Shown piece by piece: positions 54,701 to 64,000 of a DNA stretch of 64,000 bases. The stretch lies in the NCBI GenBank assembly GCA_964016885.1, contig OZ024758.1:35464001-35528000 (forward strand), given 5' to 3'. This stretch comes from Eledone cirrhosa. Taxonomy: Eukaryota. The notes below the pieces were generated by a model. That model made no database searches. It saw only the letters and a program-made list of their open reading frames with translations, and was not told the DNA's origin. How positions within the stretch are numbered: the stretch's first letter is position 1; every line of letters starts with the position of its first letter. Made by a program: the position numbers and the translations under genes.

Positions 54701-57700
54701 GTACTAGCTGTCAGAAGTAACTCCACTGTTGGTGAGAATTCATTTAAGTTCATGGTACTAGCTGTCAGAAGTAACTCCAATGTTGGTGAGAATTCATTTA
54801 AGTTCATGGTATTAGCTGTCAGAAGGAAGTCCACTGTTGCTGAGAATTCATTTAAGTTCATGGTATTAGCTGTCAGAAGTAACTCCACTGTTGGTGAGAA
54901 TTCATTTAGGTTCATGGTACTAGCTGTCAGAAGTAACTCCACTGTTGGTGAGAATTCATTTAAGTTCATGGTATTAGCTGTCAGAAGTCACTCCAATGTT
55001 GGTGAGAATTCATTTAAGTTCATGGTATTAGCTGTCAGAAGTCACTCCACTGTTGGTGAGAATTCATTTAAGTTCATGGTATTAGCTGTCAGAAGTAACC
55101 CCAATGTTGGTGAGATTTCATTTAAGTTCATGGTATTAGCTGTCAGAAGTCACTCCATTGTAGGTGAGAATTCATTTAAGTCATGGTATTAGTTGTCAGA
55201 AGTAACTCCAATGTTGGTGAGAATTCATTTAAGTTCATGGTATTAGCTGTCAGAAGGAACTCCACTGTTGGTGAGAATTCATTTAAGTTCATGGTATTAG
55301 CTGTCAGAAGGAACTCCAATGTTGGTGAGAATTCATTTAAGTTCATGGTATTAGCTGTCAGAAGTAACTCCACTGTTGGTGAGAATTCATTTAAGTTCAT
55401 GGTATTAGCTGTCAGAAGGAACTCCACTGTTGGTGAGAATTCATTTAAGTTCATGGTACTAGCTGTCAGAAGTAACTCCACTGTTGGTGAGAATTCATTT
55501 AAGTTCATGGTATTAGTTTGTCAGAAGTAACTCCACTGTTGGTGAGAATTCATTTAAGTCATGGTATTAGTTGTCAGAAGTAATCCAATGTTGGTGAGAA
55601 TTCATTTAAGTCATGGTACTAGCTGTCAGAAGTAACTCCAATGTTGGTGAGAATTCATTTAAGTTCATGGTATTAGCTGTCAGAAGGAACTCCACTGTTG
55701 GTGAGAATTCATTTAAGTTCATGGTATTAGCTGTCAGAAGTAACTCCACTGTTGGTGAGAATTCATTTAAGTTCATGGTATTAGCTGTCAGAAGGAACTC
55801 CACTGTTGGTCAGAATTCATATAAGTTCATGGTATTAGCTGTCAGAAGTAACTCCACTGTTGGTGAGAATTCATTTAAGTTCATGGTATTAGCTGTCAGA
55901 AGTAACTCCACTGTTGGTGAGAATTCATTTAAGTTCATGGTACTAGCTGTCAGAAGTAACTCCAATGTTGGTGAGAATTCATTTAAGTTCATGGTATTAG
56001 CTGTCAGAAGTAACTCCACTGTTGGTGAGAATTCATTTAAGTCATGGTATTAGCTGTCAGAAGTAACTCCAATGTTGGTGAGAATTCATTTAAGTTCATG
56101 GTATTAGCTGTCAGAAGTAACTCCACTGTTGGTGAGAATTCATTTAAATCATGGTATTAGCTATCAGAAGTAACTCCAATGTTGGTGAGAATTCATTTAA
56201 GTTCATGGTATTAGCTGTCAGAAGTAACTCCACTGTTGGTGAGAATTCATTTAAGTTCATGGTATTAGCTGTCAGAAGTAACTCCACTGTTGGTGAGAAT
56301 TCATTTAAATCATGGTATTAGTTGTCAGAAGTAACTCCAATGTTGGTGAGAATTCATGTAAGTTCATGGTACTAGGTGTCAGAAGTAACTCCACTGTTGG
56401 TGAGAATTCATTTAAGTTCATGGTATTAGTTTGTCAGAAGTAACTCCACTGTTGGTGAGAATTCATTTAAGTCATGGTATTAGTTGTCAGAAGTAACTCC
56501 AATGTTGGTGAGAATTCATTTAAGTCATGGTACTAGCTGTCAGAAGTAACTCCAATGTTGGTTAGAATTCATTTAAGTTCATGGTATTAGCTGTCAGAAG
56601 GAACTCCACTGTTGGTGAGAATTCATTTAAGTTCATGGTATTAGCTGTCAGAAGTAACTCCACTGTTGGTGAGAATTCATTTAAGTTCATGGTACTAGCT
56701 GTCAGAAGTAACTCCAATGTTGGTGAGAATTCATTTAAGTCATGGTACTAGCTGTCAGAAGTAACTCCAATGTTGGTGAGAATTCATTTTAGTTCATGGT
56801 ATTAGCTGTCAGAAGGAACTCCACTGTTGGTGAGAAATCATTTAAGTTCATGGTATTAGCTGTCAGAAGTAACTTCACTGTTGGTGAGAATTCATTTAAG
56901 TTCATGGTATTAGTTTGTCAGAAGTAACTCCACTGTTGGTGAGAATTCATTTAAGTCATGGTATTAGTTGTCAGAAGTAACTCCAATGTTGGTGAGAATT
57001 CATTTAAGTTCATGGTACAAGCTGTCAGAAGTAACTCCACTGTTGGTGAGAATTCATTTAAGTTCATGGTATTAGCTGTCAGAAGTAACTCCACTGTTGG
57101 TGAGAATTCATTTAAGTCATGGTATTAGCTGTCAGAAGTAACTCCAATGTTGGTGAGAATTCATTTAAGTTCATGGTATTAGCTGTCAGAAGTAACTCCA
57201 ATGTTGGTGAGAATTCATTTAAGTTCATGGTATTAGCTGTCAGAAGGAACTCCACTGTTGCTGAGAATTCATTTAAGTTCATGGTATTAGCTGTCAGAAG
57301 GAACTCCACTGTTGGTGAGAATTCATTTAAGTTCATGGTACTAGCTGTGAGAAGTAACTCCACTGTTGGTGAGAATTCATTTAAGTTCATGGTACTAGCT
57401 GTCAGAAGTAACTCCAATGTTGGTGAGAATTCATTTAAGTTCATGGTATTAGCTGTCAGAAGGAACTCCACTGTTGCTGAGAATTCATTTAAGTTCATGG
57501 TATTAGCTGTCAGAAGGAACTCCACTGTTGCTGAGAATTCATTTAAGTTCATGGTATTAGCTGTCAGAAGGAACTCCACTGTTGGTGAGAATTCATTTAA
57601 GTTCATGGTACTAGCTGTCAGAAGTAACTCCACTGTTGGTGAGAATTCATTTAAGTTCATGGTACTAGCTGTCAGAAGTAACTCCAATGTTGGTGAGAAT

Positions 57701-60700
57701 TCATTTAAGTTCATGGTATTAGCTGTCAGAAGGAAGTCCACTGTTGCTGAGAATTCATTTAAGTTCATGGTATTAGCTGTCAGAAGTAACTCCACTGTTG
57801 GTGAGAATTCATTTAGGTTCATGGTACTAGCTGTCAGAAGTAACTCCACTGTTGGTGAGAATTCATTTAAGTTCATGGTATTAGCTGTCAGAAGTCACTC
57901 CAATGTTGGTGAGAATTCATTTAAGTTCATGGTATTAGCTGTCAGAAGTCACTCCACTGTTGGTGAGAATTCATTTAAGTTCATGGTATTAGCTGTCAGA
58001 AGTAACCCCAATGTTGGTGAGATTTCATTTAAGTTCATGGTATTAGCTGTCAGAAGTCACTCCATTGTAGGTGAGAATTCATTTAAGTCATGGTATTAGT
58101 TGTCAGAAGTAACTCCAATGTTGGTGAGAATTCATTTAAGTTCATGGTATTAGCTGTCAGAAGGAACTCCACTGTTGGTGAGAATTCATTTAAGTTCATG
58201 GTATTAGCTGTCAGAAGGAACTCCAATGTTGGTGAGAATTCATTTAAGTTCATGGTATTAGCTGTCAGAAGTAACTCCACTGTTGGTGAGAATTCATTTA
58301 AGTTCATGGTATTAGCTGTCAGAAGGAACTCCACTGTTGGTGAGAATTCATTTAAGTTCATGGTACTAGCTGTCAGAAGTAACTCCACTGTTGGTGAGAA
58401 TTCATTTAAGTTCATGGTATTAGTTTGTCAGAAGTAACTCCACTGTTGGTGAGAATTCATTTAAGTCATGGTATTAGTTGTCAGAAGTAATCCAATGTTG
58501 GTGAGAATTCATTTAAGTCATGGTACTAGCTGTCAGAAGTAACTCCAATGTTGGTGAGAATTCATTTAAGTTCATGGTATTAGCTGTCAGAAGGAACTCC
58601 ACTGTTGGTGAGAATTCATTTAAGTTCATGGTATTAGCTGTCAGAAGTAACTCCACTGTTGGTGAGAATTCATTTAAGTTCATGGTATTAGCTGTCAGAA
58701 GGAACTCCACTGTTGGTCAGAATTCATATAAGTTCATGGTATTAGCTGTCAGAAGTAACTCCACTGTTGGTGAGAATTCATTTAAGTTCATGGTATTAGC
58801 TGTCAGAAGTAACTCCACTGTTGGTGAGAATTCATTTAAGTTCATGGTACTAGCTGTCAGAAGTAACTCCAATGTTGGTGAGAATTCATTTAAGTTCATG
58901 GTATTAGCTGTCAGAAGTAACTCCACTGTTGGTGAGAATTCATTTAAGTCATGGTATTAGCTGTCAGAAGTAACTCCAATGTTGGTGAGAATTCATTTAA
59001 GTTCATGGTATTAGCTGTCAGAAGTAACTCCACTGTTGGTGAGAATTCATTTAAATCATGGTATTAGCTATCAGAAGTAACTCCAATGTTGGTGAGAATT
59101 CATTTAAGTTCATGGTATTAGCTGTCAGAAGTAACTCCACTGTTGGTGAGAATTCATTTAAGTTCATGGTATTAGCTGTCAGAAGTAACTCCACTGTTGG
59201 TGAGAATTCATTTAAATCATGGTATTAGTTGTCAGAAGTAACTCCAATGTTGGTGAGAATTCATGTAAGTTCATGGTACTAGGTGTCAGAAGTAACTCCA
59301 CTGTTGGTGAGAATTCATTTAAGTTCATGGTATTAGTTTGTCAGAAGTAACTCCACTGTTGGTGAGAATTCATTTAAGTCATGGTATTAGTTGTCAGAAG
59401 TAACTCCAATGTTGGTGAGAATTCATTTAAGTCATGGTACTAGCTGTCAGAAGTAACTCCAATGTTGGTTAGAATTCATTTAAGTTCATGGTATTAGCTG
59501 TCAGAAGGAACTCCACTGTTGGTGAGAATTCATTTAAGTTCATGGTATTAGCTGTCAGAAGTAACTCCACTGTTGGTGAGAATTCATTTAAGTTCATGGT
59601 ACTAGCTGTCAGAAGTAACTCCAATGTTGGTGAGAATTCATTTAAGTCATGGTACTAGCTGTCAGAAGTAACTCCAATGTTGGTGAGAATTCATTTTAGT
59701 TCATGGTATTAGCTGTCAGAAGGAACTCCACTGTTGGTGAGAAATCATTTAAGTTCATGGTATTAGCTGTCAGAAGTAACTTCACTGTTGGTGAGAATTC
59801 ATTTAAGTTCATGGTATTAGTTTGTCAGAAGTAACTCCACTGTTGGTGAGAATTCATTTAAGTCATGGTATTAGTTGTCAGAAGTAACTCCAATGTTGGT
59901 GAGAATTCATTTAAGTTCATGGTACAAGCTGTCAGAAGTAACTCCACTGTTGGTGAGAATTCATTTAAGTTCATGGTATTAGCTGTCAGAAGTAACTCCA
60001 CTGTTGGTGAGAATTCATTTAAGTCATGGTATTAGCTGTCAGAAGTAACTCCAATGTTGGTGAGAATTCATTTAAGTCATGGTACTAGCTGTCAGAAGTA
60101 ACTCCAATGTTGGTGAGAATTCATTTAAGTTCATGGTATTAGCTGTCAGAAGTAACTCCACTGTTGGTGAGAATTCATTTAAGTTCATGGTATTAGCTGT
60201 CAGAAGTAACTCCACTGTTGGTGAGAATTCATTTAAGTCATGGTATTAGCTGTCAGAAGTAACTCCAATGTTGGTGAGAATTCATTTAAGTTCATGGTAT
60301 TAGCTGTCAGAAGTCACTCCACTGTTGGTGAGAATTCATTTAAGTTCATGGTACTAGCTGTCAGAAGTAACTCCAATGTTGGTGAGAATTCATTTAAGTT
60401 CATGGTATTAGCTGTCAGAAGGAACTCCACTGTTGCTGAGAATTCATTTAAGTTCATGGTATTAGCTGTCAGAAGGAACTCCACTGTTGGTGAGAATTCA
60501 TTTAAGTTCATGGTACTAGCTGTCAGAAGTAACTCCACTGTTGGTGAGAATTCATTTAAGTTCATGGTACTAGCTGTCAGAAGTAACTCCAATGTTGGTG
60601 AGAATTCATTTAAGTTCATGGTATTAGCTGTCAGAAGGAACTCCACTGTTGCTGAGAATTCATTTAAGTTCATGGTATTAGCTGTCAGAAGGAACTCCAC

Positions 60701-63700
60701 TGTTGCTGAGAATTCATTTAAGTTCATGGTATTAGCTGTCAGAAGGAACTCCACTGTTGGTGAGAATTCATTTAAGTTCATGGTACTAGCTGTCAGAAGT
60801 AACTCCACTGTTGGTGAGAATTCATTTAAGTTCATGGTACTAGCTGTCAGAAGTAACTCCAATGTTGGTGAGAATTCATTTAAGTTCATGGTATTAGCTG
60901 TCAGAAGGAAGTCCACTGTTGCTGAGAATTCATTTAAGTTCATGGTATTAGCTGTCAGAAGTAACTCCACTGTTGGTGAGAATTCATTTAGGTTCATGGT
61001 ACTAGCTGTCAGAAGTAACTCCACTGTTGGTGAGAATTCATTTAAGTTCATGGTATTAGCTGTCAGAAGTCACTCCAATGTTGGTGAGAATTCATTTAAG
61101 TTCATGGTATTAGCTGTCAGAAGTCACTCCACTGTTGGTGAGAATTCATTTAAGTTCATGGTATTAGCTGTCAGAAGTAACCCCAATGTTGGTGAGATTT
61201 CATTTAAGTTCATGGTATTAGCTGTCAGAAGTCACTCCATTGTAGGTGAGAATTCATTTAAGTCATGGTATTAGTTGTCAGAAGTAACTCCAATGTTGGT
61301 GAGAATTCATTTAAGTTCATGGTATTAGCTGTCAGAAGGAACTCCACTGTTGGTGAGAATTCATTTAAGTTCATGGTATTAGCTGTCAGAAGGAACTCCA
61401 ATGTTGGTGAGAATTCATTTAAGTTCATGGTATTAGCTGTCAGAAGTAACTCCACTGTTGGTGAGAATTCATTTAAGTTCATGGTATTAGCTGTCAGAAG
61501 GAACTCCACTGTTGGTGAGAATTCATTTAAGTTCATGGTACTAGCTGTCAGAAGTAACTCCACTGTTGGTGAGAATTCATTTAAGTTCATGGTATTAGTT
61601 TGTCAGAAGTAACTCCACTGTTGGTGAGAATTCATTTAAGTCATGGTATTAGTTGTCAGAAGTAATCCAATGTTGGTGAGAATTCATTTAAGTCATGGTA
61701 CTAGCTGTCAGAAGTAACTCCAATGTTGGTGAGAATTCATTTAAGTTCATGGTATTAGCTGTCAGAAGGAACTCCACTGTTGGTGAGAATTCATTTAAGT
61801 TCATGGTATTAGCTGTCAGAAGTAACTCCACTGTTGGTGAGAATTCATTTAAGTTCATGGTATTAGCTGTCAGAAGGAACTCCACTGTTGGTCAGAATTC
61901 ATATAAGTTCATGGTATTAGCTGTCAGAAGTAACTCCACTGTTGGTGAGAATTCATTTAAGTTCATGGTATTAGCTGTCAGAAGTAACTCCACTGTTGGT
62001 GAGAATTCATTTAAGTTCATGGTACTAGCTGTCAGAAGTAACTCCAATGTTGGTGAGAATTCATTTAAGTTCATGGTATTAGCTGTCAGAAGTAACTCCA
62101 CTGTTGGTGAGAATTCATTTAAGTCATGGTATTAGCTGTCAGAAGTAACTCCAATGTTGGTGAGAATTCATTTAAGTTCATGGTATTAGCTGTCAGAAGT
62201 AACTCCACTGTTGGTGAGAATTCATTTAAATCATGGTATTAGCTATCAGAAGTAACTCCAATGTTGGTGAGAATTCATTTAAGTTCATGGTATTAGCTGT
62301 CAGAAGTAACTCCACTGTTGGTGAGAATTCATTTAAGTTCATGGTATTAGCTGTCAGAAGTAACTCCACTGTTGGTGAGAATTCATTTAAATCATGGTAT
62401 TAGTTGTCAGAAGTAACTCCAATGTTGGTGAGAATTCATGTAAGTTCATGGTACTAGGTGTCAGAAGTAACTCCACTGTTGGTGAGAATTCATTTAAGTT
62501 CATGGTATTAGTTTGTCAGAAGTAACTCCACTGTTGGTGAGAATTCATTTAAGTCATGGTATTAGTTGTCAGAAGTAACTCCAATGTTGGTGAGAATTCA
62601 TTTAAGTTCATGGTATTAGTTTGTCAGAAGTAACTCCACTGTTGGTGAGAATTCATTTAAGTCATGATATTAGTTGTCAGAAGTAACTCCAATGTTGGTG
62701 AGAATTCATTTAAGTTCATGGTATTAGCTGTCAGAAGGAACTCCACTGTTGGTGAGAATTCATTTAAGTTCATGGTATTAGCTGTCAGAAGTAACTCCAC
62801 TCTTGGTGAGAATTCATTTAAGTTCATGGTACTAGCTGTCAGAAGTAACTCCACTGTTGGTGAGAATTCATTTAAGTTCATGGTATTAGTTTGTCAGAAG
62901 TAACTCCACTGTTGGTGAGAATTCATTTAAGTCATGGTATTAGTTGTCAGAAGTAACTCCAATGTTGGTGAGAATTCATTTAAGTTCATGGTACAAGCTG
63001 TCAGAAGTAACTCCACTGTTGGTGAGAATTCATTTAAGTTCATGGTATTAGCTGTCAGAAGTAACTCCACTGTTGGTGAGAATTCATTTAAGTCATGGTA
63101 TTAGCTGTCAGAAGTAACTCCAATGTTGGTGAGAATTCATTTAAGTCATGGTACTAGCTGTCAGAAGTAACTCCAATGTTGGTGAGAATTCATTTAAGTT
63201 CATGGTATTAGCTGTCAGAAGTAACTCCACTGTTGGTGAGAATTCATTTAAGTTCATGGTATTAGCTGTCAGAAGTAACTCCACTGTTGGTGAGAATTCA
63301 TTTAAGTCATGGTATTAGCTGTCAGAAGTAACTCCAATGTTGGTGAGAATTCATTTAAGTTCATGGTATTAGCTGTCAGAAGTCACTCCACTGTTGGTGA
63401 GAATTCATTTAAGTTCATGGTACTAGCTGTCAGAAGTAACTCCAATGTTGGTGAGAATTCATTTAAGTTCATGGTATTAGCTGTCAGAAGGAACTCCACT
63501 GTTGCTGAGAATTCATTTAAGTTCATGGTATTAGCTGTCAGAAGGAACTCCACTGTTGGTGAGAATTCATTTAAGTTCATGGTACTAGCTGTCAGAAGTA
63601 ACTCCACTGTTGGTGAGAATTCATTTAAGTTCATGGTACTAGCTGTCAGAAGTAACTCCAATGTTGGTGAGAATTCATTTAAGTTCATGGTATTAGCTGT

Positions 63701-64000
63701 CAGAAGGAACTCCACTGTTGCTGAGAATTCATTTAAGTTCATGGTATTAGCTGTCAGAAGGAACTCCACTGTTGCTGAGAATTCATTTAAGTTCATGGTA
63801 TTAGCTGTCAGAAGGAACTCCACTGTTGGTGAGAATTCATTTAAGTTCATGGTACTAGCTGTCAGAAGTAACTCCACTGTTGGTGAGAATTCATTTAAGT
63901 TCATGGTACTAGCTGTCAGAAGTAACTCCAATGTTGGTGAGAATTCATTTAAGTTCATGGTATTAGCTGTCAGAAGGAAGTCCACTGTTGCTGAGAATTC
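51089..64000 (+). repeat. HOR domain F: ~3 kb units (3069, 2907, 3175, 3069 bp), four full copies plus the start of a fifth
   Basis: The marker GGAAGTCCAC occurs at ~51756, 54825, 57732, 60907 and 63976. GAGATTTCAT, GTAATCCAAT (-1), GGTCAGAATTCATATAAG, GCTATCAG, CATGTAAG and CTAGGTGTC each occur once per full unit. Homologous ORFs start at 52114, 55183, 58090 and 61265. Confidence 0.92.

Larger units (their letters stand above)
1..64000 (+). repeat. 54-bp tandem satellite DNA array (EcoRI-type, AT-rich), ~1,190 head-to-tail monomers, running off both window ends
   Basis: The unit ATGGTATTAGCTGTCAGAAGTAACTCCACTGTTGGTGAGAATTCATTTAAGTTC recurs continuously from base 1 to 64000. Monomers usually differ from it at 0-3 positions. 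Common alleles: GTATTAG/GTACTAG, AGTAAC/AGGAAC/AGTCAC, CCACT/CCAAT, AAGTTCATG/AAGTCATG (-1) and TAGCTGTC/TAGTTTGTC (+1). Copy number is estimated as 64000/~53.8. Confidence 0.99.

Noticed and set aside
128-63985. Numerous + strand ORFs of (MVLAVRSNSTVGENSFKF)n and - strand ORFs of (MNLNEFSPTVELLLTANT)n, up to 488 aa
   Set aside because: They arise because 54 is a multiple of 3 and two frames of the monomer lack stops, which is not unlikely over 18 codons. Frameshifting -1/+1 alleles occur every few monomers and nonsense alleles exist (~1463, 18894, 20026). There are no unique N- or C-terminal domains and no gene context.
1-64000. CRISPR array or other repeat-spacer system
   Set aside because: Units abut directly, with no unique spacers, no leader and no cas or other genes. 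Variation is limited to SNPs and 1-bp indels inherited in blocks.
1-64000. Variant order as an encoded message or programmed diversification cassette
   Set aside because: The order is adequately explained by nested tandem duplication and occasional recombination. No reverse transcriptase, recombinase or template/variable pair is present.
1-64000. Rolling-circle or sequencing concatemer artefact
   Set aside because: Rare variants recur in hierarchical, collinear blocks at many different offsets, which random errors on a single circular template would not produce. Local misassembly is still possible.
1-64000. CENP-B box
   Set aside because: The canonical box needs TTCG and CGGG cores. The consensus has no CpG, and the rare TTCG alleles lack the downstream CGGG.

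Overview
The whole 64 kb window is one uninterrupted, head-to-tail satellite DNA array. It is built from a 54-bp monomer (consensus ATGGTAYTAGCTGTCAGAAGKAACTCCAMTGTTGGTGAGAATTCATTTAAGTTC, about 37% GC, no CpG, one EcoRI site GAATTC per unit), roughly 1,190 copies, all in the same orientation. I see no genes, RNA genes, transposon insertions, inversions or unique spacers. Every ORF in the track is a translation of the monomer (54 = 18 codons) and is broken by recurrent 1-bp indels. The structure worth reporting lies in the order of monomer variants. The array is a mosaic of higher-order-repeat (HOR) domains with nested kb-scale duplications (offsets about 3227/4893, 1186, 1991/3443, 2045-2098, 1457/4040 and 3069/2907/3175/9151 bp). 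It also shows a monomer cassette shared by most domains, a linked +1/-1 indel pair, and a small allele series that looks like CpG gain followed by CpG>TpG decay. The source is probably eukaryotic heterochromatin, but the organism and function cannot be determined from the sequence. I found no evidence of a new gene-based system.
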